DNA of 64,000 bases from Eledone cirrhosa. Taxonomy: Eukaryota. The stretch spans positions 341,496,001 through 341,560,000 of the forward strand of contig OZ024743.1 in assembly GCA_964016885.1 (NCBI GenBank), given 5' to 3'. Positions within the stretch are counted from its first letter, which is position 1; each line of letters starts with the position of its first letter. Shown here one piece after another: positions 1 through 12,232 of this stretch. The translations under genes and the position numbers were made by a program. The notes beneath the pieces were generated by a model. That model did not search any database and was not told where the DNA came from. It saw only the letters and a list, made by a program, of their open reading frames with translations.

Positions 1-252
1 TTTACAAAACCATATTTATTCTATTATATATATTTCAAGGGTACCAAAACTTTGGTACCCTTGAGACCATAACGATTCAAGTCTATCCAGGTAAAACTTG
101 AACCGTTAAGGTCTCATTCCTGGATATGTCAATATTTATAAAACAAACTTTGTATTTTATCTGATGAGGCGTACCAAAATTTTGGTACCCTTGAAATATA
201 TATAATAGAATAAATGTGTTTTATAAATATAGTTTCCATTTATTAATATCAT

Positions 253-255
<3 letters not shown>
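1..255 (+). mobile_element. PLE-derived fold-back mini-element (family A pLTR) abutting (TA)n
   Basis: 1-58 is an inverted copy of ~171-230. Sequence matches the 3' terminal repeats of the Naiad-type PLEs at 21855-25080 and 37640-42110. Internal hairpin at 63-115. Confidence 0.75.
153..212 (+). ncRNA. Minimal type I hammerhead ribozyme (family A)
   Basis: tattttat-CTGATGA-ggcgtaccaaaattttggtaccctt-GAAA-tatata-TA-atagaata. Stem I and stem II pair; stem III is palindromic. Confidence 0.8.
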
Positions 256-345
<90 letters not shown>

Positions 346-362
346 CACACATATATATATAC

Positions 363-430
<68 letters not shown>
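255..430. repeat. (TA)n microsatellite, representative of dozens of (TA)n, (CA)n and (GA)n tracts in the window
   Basis: Direct reading. Confidence 0.99.
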
Positions 431-432
<2 letters not shown>

Positions 433-497
433 TCTTTTACTTTTTTACCTTTTCCAGCTATCCGACTGAGGCCATGCTTGCGCACCGCCCTTGAGAT
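431..497 (-). mobile_element. SINE/RTE-type 3' tail fragment
   Basis: Reverse complement resembles tgctccagcatgg..cagtc..aaaagtaaaag at 53453-53500. Confidence 0.5.
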
Positions 498-671
498 TAC
501 CATATATATATTAATCTAATTGCAAGACACATTCGATGTTTCAGATGAATGCTTTAAGATCTACACAGAAGTAGTCCAATAATATAATGTAAAAATATAA
601 CCTTTACTTCATCTATGGGTACTTTGCCTTAATTGTGGTTCTTTCTGCACCCAATGGGAGTATTAACAACA

Positions 672-784
<113 letters not shown>

Positions 785-1019
785 TATATATGTATATATA
801 TATATAAATATATATACGTACGTATATATATATAAATATATATATATATATTTATATATATATATATGTATATATGTGTGTGTATGTGTGTGTGTGCGTG
901 TGTGCGTGTGTGTGTGTGTCTATATATATTTTGTATTCCATATACAACGTGAAACTAATAAGACTTTTTCCATCTTTGTTTGTTGTTTCCTTGAAATATA
1001 TATATATATATGTGTGTTC

Positions 1020-1050
<31 letters not shown>

Positions 1051-2041
1051 CGTGTGTGTGTGTGTGGGGGGGGGTGTCTGTGTCTGTGTATACTTATTGT
1101 GGAGTTTGTATTCAATTCTTAATGAAATTGAAACAAATATATATATATTACTCTTGTGTCAGATAATGAGAAAAACTATGATTACAAAAAGTCTTAAGTG
1201 TTTAAGTTGTATATAAAAGAAAAGCTACCGATATATCTTTCCCGACAAAGATTATCTTTATTGATAAATATATATAATGATAACTATACACAGAGTCGTT
1301 AAATTTTACATGGTCCTTAGGGAGACATATTGGAACGTGAGAAATAATGGATAGCTTAATATATTATATCTTTCAATGATGTGTTGTGCTTATATCTAGA
1401 TTCTTTTTAAATGCGGGACTTTATGATTACTTTCTATTGATTTTTCTCGTTTTGGAAATATCTGTTGCTATTCTTAGCAGTGATATATACTCTCAACAAT
1501 GTTACTTTTTAAAATATAATCTTTGAAGTGATATTTCACAATATTTGAGATATTAATATAAACTGTATTATTAATAGGTTTATTACTTTATTATACATAA
1601 ACTTACATATGTTCAGCTGTTAATTTGGTTGAGTCAGGAAGTTAAATAAACACAGTTTTGCCAAGCCACGACATCGTTGATTTATCTTTTGTTAGTTCCA
1701 TTAACGGAAATATTAAAGGTTACCAGATGGTCTTGCATCATTACGTGCTAGACTATTGTTAGAAATAGGAGGTACATTTACGTTTAAAAGCGACATGCGC
1801 GTCGTCTTTAAAAAAGGAAAGTATACAAATACAACACTCCACATAACTAACTTCCTTTTCTAAACCTCACACACTACTCATACATATTCCTATTCTCTCC
1901 CTATCCGGACATTACTGGTGAAGGACTTCTGTTGGAAACGTTGAATCTCTTCCACCACTACCTCCAAGCGTGAACCTAATATAACTGTGTATATTTCCAA
2001 TCCTGTGTTTGTTATCTTTTGTTTAATTTATTAATTATACA

Positions 2042-2078
<37 letters not shown>

Positions 2079-2119
2079 GGGGGGGGGGCATGTGAGTGTG
2101 TGCGTCTGTCTGTGTCTGT

Positions 2120-2432
2120 CGGGAGAAATCGAGATGTGTGGAGGTTCTAGCACAACACACTCCACGGTGCATTTGCAGTGAGTGTGGCTTAATTTGTAAT
2201 TCAGCGGGTGGTGTGACCAGAAATAGTAAAATGCATGAAGACACAACCCAGCCGGCTTTACCAGGGCTGTTCAAGTGTCACATTTGTGAACGTATTTGCA
2301 AATGAAAAGCGGGTGGAAAAGGTCACCTGCGTGCATATGATCGTGCAATGTTCAATGGAGGCATGGCACTCTTCTGACAAGAAGAAGCAATCAACATGTA
2401 TCTATTTATGTATGTATGTTTTTATGTATGTA
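2120..2432 (+). mobile_element. 3' end of an RTE-clade LINE with two degenerate C2H2 zinc fingers and a (TATG)n tail
   Basis: CSECGLICNSAGGVTRNSKMH and CHICERICK*KAGGKGHLRAH, then a short 3' UTR and tandem tatg. Confidence 0.6.
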
Positions 2433-3054
2433 TGTTCTTCTGTTTTTATAATTTCAAATTTTTTCCCAATAGAGAGAGAGAGCCGGTTGCTAACATATAT
2501 ACACGACTCTCTCATTGGAATTTACACATCAACTAGATAGATATGTCTGTACGTCTGCATACATACGTGTGTGTGTAGGTATGGATGTTATTGTATGTAT
2601 GGATATGTATATTTCGAGTTGTATGTGCGCAAGTGCATATGCTTTGTATCTGTACAAGTGTATATATACTTATTTGATGCAGAATTTTACATATTTTTAC
2701 TGATCCATTAATGGATTGCATTTTGTATGTATGTATACATAAATACATGCATACATATATACATGGAAACACACGCATACATAGATCCATAGAGAAAAAA
2801 ATAGAAAAGATAAAGATATAGATTTTTTATATATTTTGAACACAATATCACGATGTTTCAGCCACGAACATACTCGTTAATCTCCATGAAAAACACACAG
2901 ACAGACAGAGGGAAAAAACATATCACGCCTGAAGGTACGGTACTGAAGTTTACGAATGCACGGTTTGGTCAAACACTGTAGCGATATTGTAAGAATATGC
3001 ATATATGGAATATTTATGAAATAAGCTGACTTTAACATTATGTTCTTTACCATT

Positions 3055-3270
3055 GTGAAGGCGTGTGGCTGAGTGGTTAGAAGATTGGATTCACAATCGT
3101 GATGTTGTGAGTTCGATTCCCGGACCGGGTGATGCGGTATGTCATTGAGCAAGACACTATATTTCACGTTGCTCCTTCTACCTGGAGTTGCGACCGATAG
3201 ATGGTATTAGTAATTGGAAAGACCAATCGAAACATTATTTCCTCGGTCCGATTTGATGAAGGTCGATCGT
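3055..3270 (+). mobile_element. tRNA-derived SINE with Meta/CORE-like central domain
   Basis: A box TGGCTGAGTGG, B box GTTCGATTCC, core gtc.ttgagcaagacact. Second copy at 11335-11550. Confidence 0.8.
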
Positions 3271-3369
3271 TCTTCTTTCCCATTTAATGTTAAAGTTAGG
3301 TTATTGCGTGAATTGATATTCCAACTTCTTTTCCACTTGTGCTCATCTACAACACTATATCAGGACCAA

Positions 3370-3560
3370 TGGGTGGTGGATTGGCAGTATCGTTAGAGGG
3401 TCGTACACCATATTTTGGAGCATAGACTTACTGCCCTTTACGTTCTGACTTCACATCCCACCGAGGTTAACTTTACCGTTTATTCTTAACAGGTCGATAA
3501 AATAAAGGCACCAGTAATGCACTGGTATAATTGCTGGCCTTGTGCCAAGGGTAGAAGCAA
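3370..3560 (+). mobile_element. tRNA-derived SINE (cephalopod OR-like family)
   Basis: Homologous to 7217-7405, 31412-31600 and 49045-49225. Flanked by a target-site duplication, actatatcag(g/a)accaat. Confidence 0.8.
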
Positions 3561-4314
3561 CTATATCAGAACCAATAACAACGGCGTGCCTCATGAAACT
3601 CTGAATAGTAGGAATGTATAAGTTTATTTCAATATATACATATACCTATATATATATATATATTTAGCAGAGAATTATGTTTAGAGAGTTGTAAGGTTGC
3701 CACGAAGAACCACCTTTGGTAGAAAGATATGATAGGAATATCGACAACGAATTTAGCTTGTTTTTACATAATTTATTAACAAAGGTTAAGAAGTGAATTA
3801 AGTTGGCATGCCAAGAATAATGAAATAATTCAATTAAGATTACAAGAGAAAATACGGTCGACTGGCTGAGGCGTTTGGCCAGGTCCGTAGTAAAATTGTT
3901 GTGTCATTACATATTGTTTGTGCTTACGGAGCAAAAGAACAAGTGGTGTTTACCTTAGCATGGTCAAGCTGCGAGTCTTCGATTTCTCAAATCTTCGCGG
4001 GCTATTTCTCTCTCAGAACGCGTAGGGATAATATCCTCTTCTCCTGGCGCTGATTGGCTGAGCTGAGCCAAATCACGCACAGAGAATGTATGTGAGCCCG
4101 CGGAATGTAGGTCACTACATATATATATGTATATATCAGGAAAATAATTTGACAGCCAACATTAACCCATTTCTCCGATAGTCTAAACAGTTCCCTTACG
4201 GATGCAAACAATTCCTGGCTCAGGTGTAAGGATAAGCAAACTTCATTATTCTCATATATATATATATTTATTTAGTCAAAAAATACGGTGAAAGCTCGCT
4301 GATTCAAAGGCATA

Positions 4315-4391
<77 letters not shown>

Positions 4392-4528
4392 TAATGACTC
4401 CAGAAAACTTTTCTGTAGAGTGCTAACCTTGTTAAACTTTTAATTATATTTAGCTCCCTGCAGGTTGAGCGCTTTTTCTACAATAGATTACAAATTTAAT
4501 AAATGATGGAATTCTTTAGGCATCAACT

Positions 4529-4594
4529 TATTTTATCTAATGAGGACGTACTGTTGAAATAGGTCAGTATCTCTGAAATATGTATAATAAAATA
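4529..4594 (+). ncRNA. Family A hammerhead with a mutated core (CTAATGA)
   Basis: tattttat-CTAATGA-ggacgtactg..cagtatctct-GAAA-tatgta-TA-ataaaata. Confidence 0.6.
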
Positions 4595-4636
4595 TATTTG
4601 ATCACATGAATGTCTATATTTATTAATATTTTGAAG

Positions 4637-4729
<93 letters not shown>

Positions 4730-4744
4730 AGAAAATTATAAACG

Positions 4745-4959
4745 TAAACATGTAAGTATGTTTTTGAAACGGTGCGCGAGTTTGAAATTAGAAATTAGAA
4801 AATATAAGCTTTCACCGTATTCTAGACTAAAGAAAATTCCACCCTGATAGTGGGGTTTATAACCCTCGGAGAAATGGAAAAAGATGAGTTATAAACCCCA
4901 CTATCAGGCTAGAAATTTCTTTGGTCTAAAATACAGTGAAAGCTTATATTTTCTAATTA

Positions 4960-4960
<1 letters not shown>
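4745..4960. mobile_element. Fold-back mini-element family B between (TA)n tracts
   Basis: ~70-bp inverted arms around a short spacer. Relatives at 14459-14586 and 20528-20757. Confidence 0.7.
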
Positions 4961-5011
<51 letters not shown>

Positions 5012-5094
5012 TATATAGTTAAAACTTAGACGGGAACAAAAACAGAGAGGCAGTACAAATAAGAGTTTATTAGGTTCACGGTGTTGAGAGTGGG

Positions 5095-5135
5095 GGTGGG
5101 GACGTTTCGGGCATAAACCCTTCATCAGGAGAAAA
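5095..5135 (-). ncRNA. Minimal hammerhead core (PLE-type)
   Basis: Minus strand CTGATGA-agggtttatgccc-GAAA-cg-TC. Stem I is poorly paired in this copy. Confidence 0.6.
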
Positions 5136-5794
5136 GTGAGTAGGAAGAGAGTTCCGAGGGTGTGTGGGGCATGGTGGAAAGATATTTAGAAAAAGGGGGA
5201 GGGAAAAGAGAGGAAAAACGATTGAAGAAGTACAAATAAAAATAAAAATAAACATAAAAATAAACATAAAAATAAACAAGTGGTGGAAAGGTGTGAGGCG
5301 TGTAGGGGTGGTGGCGGGCGGAGTTGAGTGAGGGACGTGGGAGGTCCGAGCGGGGAGGGCTGAAGCTGGTGTTTGTGTATGGGTGTAGGTGTGCGTGTGT
5401 ATGTGAATGTGACAGTTGGGAGAAGAACGAGGTTCCATGTTCAGGAAAAGCTGTGTCCGTGGTTTGGGGTGTAAGTCGTTGTGTGCGTGCGTGTGGATGG
5501 AGAGGGGTCAGAGGGGGGCGGGTGGATTCCGGAGGCTGAGTGTGTATATGTGGGGATGCGCACGTGTGTGTGTGTGTTTATACGTGGTGTGGATGTAGGT
5601 GGCGTGGTTCGAAAAAAAATTATATATATATATATGTGTGTGTGTGTTGAACAATGAAAACAAAAGGCGAAGTTTAGTGCTTAATTACTTCATAATATTT
5701 CGATTTTTCCAGAAGATTAATTGACCATAATAAATCGATATAAGTCACTAATCGATAATAGTTATACAACTCTATATCATTGATATAGATCCAA

Positions 5795-6045
5795 TGATGA
5801 GCTGTCCAATGATCACCATCTAGTTAACTGCAGCTTGTGATTACATGAAGCCAAGGAAGCTTGGAATGACCAGTTTGACCAACAGGATTAAGTGGAGATC
5901 TTTGCCAAATAAGGAAGCTATGACAAGGTATATGGATAGTATTCCATCCAAATCCAGAGAAGTACCTGAGCAAACTAAGGAAATTGAAACGGGGTGGAGA
6001 TTATTTAAAACGGCAATTTCTAATTCAGCTGTTAAATTCAGAGAA
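5795..6045 (+). pseudogene. RTE-type LINE fragment (end of APE endonuclease plus linker)
   Basis: ELSNDHHLV followed by RIKWRSL..EIETGWRLFKTAI. Confidence 0.6.
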
Positions 6046-6140
6046 AGTAAAGGCATCAACGTTGATTGTTCAGCCCAGCAGTTTCTACTTCAGCCGTTTG
6101 TTTTGTTATTTCTGTTTACCTTTTACACACACGCACACAC

Positions 6141-6275
<135 letters not shown>

Positions 6276-7216
6276 GCGCCCCCCCCCCACACACACATAT
6301 AGATATATATAGATATGTATATGTATGTATATATATCTATATATAACTGCGGTTTGTTTTGGTCAAATACATCAAGTGTAAGTAAGAGCGAATGGATTCG
6401 CCGAATAGATAGGTGGAAAAAATCGAAGAGAAACGCAATTAGAAAAAGTGTGATTAAATACAAGATCATGTAGTTTTAGTGAAAGAAAAATATTCTTTTT
6501 AGAAATACAGATTCAAGACAACATAAAAATCTCATAACCATATCTAGACATGAATATATTGTACAAGTTAGTTATCTTTTCAATGAAACGAACGAATGGG
6601 CCCGGAAAGATTTCACCAGTCAATGATAAACCAAATTAAATAAACGGACTAGGATTATAAACATAGAAATTGAAACACCCTATTTTCCTCAAGAAAATGG
6701 AGACTTCACTCCTGTACATACATACTTGCAGTCACTATCTAATATATACAGTTTCACATAGAATTACCAAATAAGAAGATAGTATTATCAAATGTATACG
6801 CCGCCAGAGAAACAGAGTAGACGATCACCTACATAGTTCATAGAAATATTAGAAGGAACAAACAAAATCATTACAATCTTCTTGAATTATAATGTTGGTT
6901 TGCTGACACTCTTTATTATGCATACACAAAGAAAAAAAGAATAAATCACTCACGATACCAGCCAATATATTTGAGCAACGATAGGCAAACTGTATAAAGG
7001 AAAAGATAGAGTGGGTATGCAGCATTTTGCGTAGCCACAATAGAAAGATGAAGAGTACCAAAATTCAAATGTATAATCTACCCCAGAAATGTTGATAACA
7101 TACTGTTTACAATGTATATACAGGAAGAATTTGACAAAAAAGCATGGACCTAGAATATGTAACATGCAGAAAATTAGAAATACGACTTCATATTAAAAGA
7201 AGGATTGAAAATAATT

Positions 7217-7405
7217 GTTCCTACTTTTGGCACAAGGCCAGCAATTATTCCAGTGTATTACTGGTACTTTATTTTATCGACCCATAAGGATGAATGACAA
7301 AGTTAACCTCGGCGGGATTTGAAATCAGACCATAAAGGGCCGTAACTCTTTGTTGCAAAGCATGGTGTCCGAACCTCTACCGATACTGTCAATCCACCGC
7401 CCTAA
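7217..7405 (-). mobile_element. tRNA-derived SINE (OR-like) with TSD aaggattgaaaataat
   Basis: Reverse complement of the 31412-31600 family; 16-bp direct repeat on both sides. Confidence 0.85.
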
Positions 7406-7464
7406 AAGGATTGAAAATAATAAACACATGTCAAAGGTAAAATCTTTGTTTAGAAAAAAGGACA

Positions 7465-7610
7465 TAGTGTGGCCGTAGGGTTCGCTGTGAAATCATTGGG
7501 CCCCATGTTTATCCCATAGTGTGGTTTCTTGGGCAAGTTTTATTTACGATAGCCACGAATCTAACCAAGCCACGTGAGAGTGTGTAGACTGAAGAAGTTT
7601 GGAAGCCCTT
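7465..7610 (+). mobile_element. Degenerate SINE (OK-like family)
   Basis: cttgggcaagt..atagcc..accaagcc..gtgag..gtagac..gaagccc; similar to 53255-53380. Confidence 0.5.
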
Positions 7611-8106
7611 CAAATTTAGTTTACCAGTAATATAAGGTCTAACCTTTTCATATATTTTGTCACAATGTGTCTGTGAATTACATACACGTATCTGCGGATT
7701 TCTCAGTCAATTATTTTCAATGAAAGGCCTATTCTGTTGACCAAACAGCTGGAAGACTGATCGTCGAAATCGACGGAGGTTTATTCCCGAAACATTTAGA
7801 TTATTTTCCTCAAATGAAGCTCTACATGGAAAAGAAATATTAATTAACATAAGATATTCTAACAAACAAGCAGACCAAAACTCAAAACCAAGTAGAACAT
7901 AGAAACCAACTGAATCCATCAAATACTTCACAGATCATAAGATACATAAATCAAACGTAAGCACATTATTTGAATCAATAGAACTGGTGAGGACATTATC
8001 AAAAGCCCTGCTTCAACAAACCACAAACTTAGTTAAACAAATACGACCGAAGATTTATTCAAATACTCTAAACATTCTGCCATCAAATATATACGCACAT
8101 ATACAA

Positions 8107-8170
<64 letters not shown>

Positions 8171-8225
8171 TTAATATAGATGAGATTCTACAGGACTAGA
8201 ACTGTTTCATTCTTTAGAAATCATC

Positions 8226-8294
<69 letters not shown>

Positions 8295-8524
8295 CATAGA
8301 TATAGACGTAGATATATACATATATATATATTCATGTTTATATATATATATATATATATATATCTGGCACTTGAACTAAAACCTGTTGAGAAAGTAACGT
8401 CCTCGTTCTATCATCTTACCAAAAGCTTAACATTATTTGTCTAAGCGGATAGTACTTCATTTATGAGTCGCAAAAACCCAATTGCTGGATTTTACCAACC
8501 ATCCAAGGGTCCGGGTAAATTTTT

Positions 8525-8721
8525 CAATCACATTTTTTTTATTTGTTTGACCCGAATTACTTGGTCGTTTCTATGGCTGTGCGGATAACGGTTTAACCAT
8601 CGTATGAGTGTGTTTTAACGTATGTTGTAGCTCTGGTTCGTTAGAATTCATTGAGCGCTTGCCACACATCTCGGAAGTTGATTTTTGCTAATTTCCAATA
8701 GCCGAAATACGATTCTCACTA

Positions 8722-8725
<4 letters not shown>
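8525..8725. repeat. Dispersed repeat ending at (TA)n
   Basis: Second diverged copy at 60362-60560. Confidence 0.75.
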
Positions 8726-8799
<74 letters not shown>

Positions 8800-8804
<5 letters not shown>

Positions 8805-9791
8805 AATGGAAGTACAGCATATTCGAAGTTCAAGCCGCAGCTAACCCGATGGATGCATTCAGAAATGCAGCCAAGCATTCGAAAAGGTATAAAAACTCAG
8901 AGTAATTGAAAGGGCTTTGCAAATTGAAGATAGCGACCAGTAATTCAGCCGCGGGGTCCGTAGCAACGAAAGAACTGACTCGCGAGAAAAAATACATACA
9001 TACATACATATATACATACACACACACACATATATCTATATATATATATAACAAACCTGGACCATGACTTCGATATTTTGCAATATCTCAGGTTTCTGTA
9101 AATCCGAAATCAACAAAATCCACTTGCAGTGTATGCAAGTTTCTGGAAGATCGAAAAGTGGATTTACTTTCTCAACAGGCTTTCGTTCTGACGCAGTCCA
9201 GTTGTGAGGGCACATGTTACTCCAACTGGAGCCAACTCCGGTTTATGGCGGTCAAATTCAAGTTATGAGCAATGGAATAAATTCCGTACACAAACTGAAT
9301 TAAGCACTCAACCAGACCGTTACTAAACATACATAAATAATTAATCAATCAATAGAATTGTCTAATTAAATTAATCAATTAATCATTAGGTCTAGGAGAT
9401 AGTAATACAAATGGGAGTACAGCATATTCGAAGCTCGAGCCGCAGCTAAGCCGACGAATGCATTCACAAATTCAGCCAAGCACTTGACAAGGTATAAAAC
9501 CTCAGAGTAATAACATACCGTTTAAAGGCCTTTGCAAATTGAAGACAGCGACCGGTAATTCAGCCGCGGGGTCCGTAGCAACGAAAGAACTGACTCGCGA
9601 GAAAAAATACATATATATATATATATATATATAACAAACCTGGACCATCACTTCGATATTTTGCAATATCTCAGTTAGGTTTCTGTAAATCCGCTTGCAG
9701 TGTATGCAAGTTAAGTTTCTGGTAGATCGAACAGTGGATTTACTTTCTCAACAGGCTTTTGTTCTAACGCCAGTCCGGTTGCGAGGGCACA

Positions 9792-9795
<4 letters not shown>
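8800..9795 (+). repeat. Diverged direct duplication (~8800-9215 and ~9405-9795)
   Basis: Both units run caaatgg.agtacagcatattcgaag..gagggcacatg and contain an internal microsatellite. Confidence 0.85.
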
Positions 9796-9840
<45 letters not shown>

Positions 9841-10943
9841 TATAGCAGACGATAGAGTGAATGTTAAGTAGCTAGAGGGAGAACATGGGAAGAAGAATAG
9901 GAAGAAGTGGGTGAGGGGCGCAAAGGACTTTGACTATAAGCAAGTGAGGAATAGTGACAATCCTAAATGTTTTCTTAAAAAAAAAACAAGCAAAACGATA
10001 AAAAGCATATTTTCTTCTCCACTCTCCCCTCTTATTCACCGTCTTATTCAACTTTTTGCTCTCATCTATCTGCCTTTCTCTTCTTCTCCTCATCCTCATC
10101 CTCCTTCTTCCTCTTTCTTTTTTCTCCCTCCAACTACTTTACCTTGTCTCTATCATCTTTTACTTTACCTCCTTCTCCCCACCACGTCCCAATCCTATCA
10201 CCATCCCTTGCTCCATTTACCCTGTCAACATCAATCCCAAAGAAACTATAATTAACGATACCGACCAAATTAAATGACTTTCCTAATGATTTCATAAGGA
10301 TGGAACAATTCCAGTCGTGTAGAAGCCATTTCCATTTGGCTAGTAAGGCTTGTGGGCAAACCTTTATATTAGCAATATACAGTTCATTTAATCCTTATAC
10401 AAATTTGTTTCAGAACAAAACAATTACCGTTATTGACTAGGGTAATTTTTTGCTAAAAAGTCTAAAAGTCTTTTAAAGTTTAAAATGGCTTAGAAATTGC
10501 AAAACACCAAACTTATTTAGATCAAAAATAGCAAATTAAAAAATACTTTACGCCTAAAATATCAAAAACCTATTATAAGGTCAACATAAAATCTAAAAAA
10601 ATGTTAATATAAAATATTGATGAACATCTGATTGAAATGTCGATAATTATCAAAACTTTGCTTTCAAAGGAAATATCTGAAGTCTTAGAGAATGAAAACA
10701 AATTAAAAAAACGACAATAAATAAAGCTATTAACAAAAGCAGTTGGTCAAACAATTCCCTAAGGAATTAATAGAAATCAAAAGAAGTGAAGACTAGAGTC
10801 AGTGCTAATAGAATGTAAATAAATGTATGTACATATACATGCACACTCACATTCATGAATACTGTCGCCTGTTCAGTTTCCCAGAGGATTTTGAATGGCA
10901 TAGGGCAGAATTACAAGCAATAAAACCAGCAATTATGATATTT

Positions 10944-11000
<57 letters not shown>

Positions 11001-11334
11001 GTTGTTGTTTTTTTATAAAGTTATATACACCCAGATATATACATAAAGTCAATATAATGGTGATGTTGATGGAGAGGGAATAGTGGTCAGTTACACACCC
11101 AAAGTCCTTAGGGGAAGGAGATAGAAGTCTAGTATAAGCTGAACATCACAACCTTTTATATATTTATATATTCGTATATATATGTATATCAGAGATTTCA
11201 ACATGAATAGCCCTGTTGTTTCTAGCTGAAGACATTGTTTTCCAATTCCACACGCCTGTCCCTTCAATCTTATTTCTCATTCTTTCTTCTGGTATTTCAA
11301 GCGTTAACCTAATATATTACTTCTATATACTGTA

Positions 11335-11550
11335 GTGAATGCGTGTGGCTGAGTGGTTAGAGAATTGGATTCACAATCTTGAGGTTGTGAGTCCTATTCC
11401 TGGACCGGGCGATGCATTATGTCCTTGAGCAAGACACTTTATTTTCACGTCGCTCCTTCTACCTGGAGTTGCGATCGGTAGATAGTACTAGCAATTGGAA
11501 AGACCAACGAAAACATTGTTTCCTCGGTCTGATTTGACGAAAGTCGATCG
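11335..11550 (+). mobile_element. tRNA-derived SINE, same family as 3055-3270
   Basis: A box, degenerate B box, gtccttgagcaagacacttt core. Confidence 0.8.
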
Positions 11551-11594
11551 ATATATATACACACTGTACCGATTGTGTGGTTATTTCTGTTTTC

Positions 11595-11657
<63 letters not shown>

Positions 11658-11857
11658 GAGTAAGTAAGACCCCGACGGCTGAGCTCAAGCCGTTTCGACG
11701 GCTAATTCTGTACTGAATTCAGTACAGAATTAGCCGTCGAAACGGCTTGAGCTCAGCCGTCGGGGTCTTACTTACTCCTATTACCCACTCTACTACCCTA
11801 AGTATTGAGTACTTTGGTGCGTTATGGTCCACCTGGTTCCTTACCACTTTTCCCTCG

Positions 11858-11860
<3 letters not shown>
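11658..11860 (+). mobile_element. Family D PLE terminal fragment with a perfect 120-bp palindrome (11658-11777)
   Basis: Arms are exact reverse complements centred on GAATTC. Carries the HHR 3' half GAAA-cggct..agccg-TC. Tail matches 42645-42770. Confidence 0.85.
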
Positions 11861-11928
<68 letters not shown>

Positions 11929-12004
11929 AGGGTTGCAGGTAAATACGTCCGTTGGCGGTATGCCGGTTGAGCACTCGATGCTCGCACAGAGCAGAGTATA
12001 ATAC

Positions 12005-12232
12005 TATAAAGACCGAGGAATCAGTATTGCATCAAACCACCATTTATTAACATATTACATATGATTCTCCGTCGATAAGGTCGAGGCAGGATCTGTTACA
12101 GATCGAACCCGGTCGAATGCAGAGTCGGATTCGATCTGTGACAGATCCTGCCTCGAGATTATCGACGGAGAAACATATGTAATATGTTAATAAATTGTGG
12201 TTTGATGCGATACTGATTCCTCGTTCTTTATA
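12005..12232. mobile_element. Fold-back mini-element with an HHR 3' half
   Basis: ~105-bp imperfect inverted arms; right arm reads GAAA-catat-gta-atatg-TT-aataaa. Confidence 0.65.

Larger units (their letters stand above)
6345..8090 (+). pseudogene. Possible highly degraded PLE RT/EN remnant interrupted by SINEs
   Basis: Only weak motif echoes (GDFTP.., ALL..LVKQ..TLNI). Followed by an HHR fragment at ~8190. Confidence 0.25.

Noticed and set aside
2096-2340. C2H2 zinc-finger host exon
   Set aside because: Internal stop, degenerate fingers and a short UTR with a (TATG)n tail fit an RTE LINE 3' end.
3055-3130. tRNA gene
   Set aside because: A/B boxes run into a SINE core; no complete cloverleaf or terminator.
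11658-11860. MITE/DNA-transposon interpretation of the fold-backs
   Set aside because: Arms are asymmetric (one continues into a tail), inversion centres vary between copies, and the sequence matches PLE termini.
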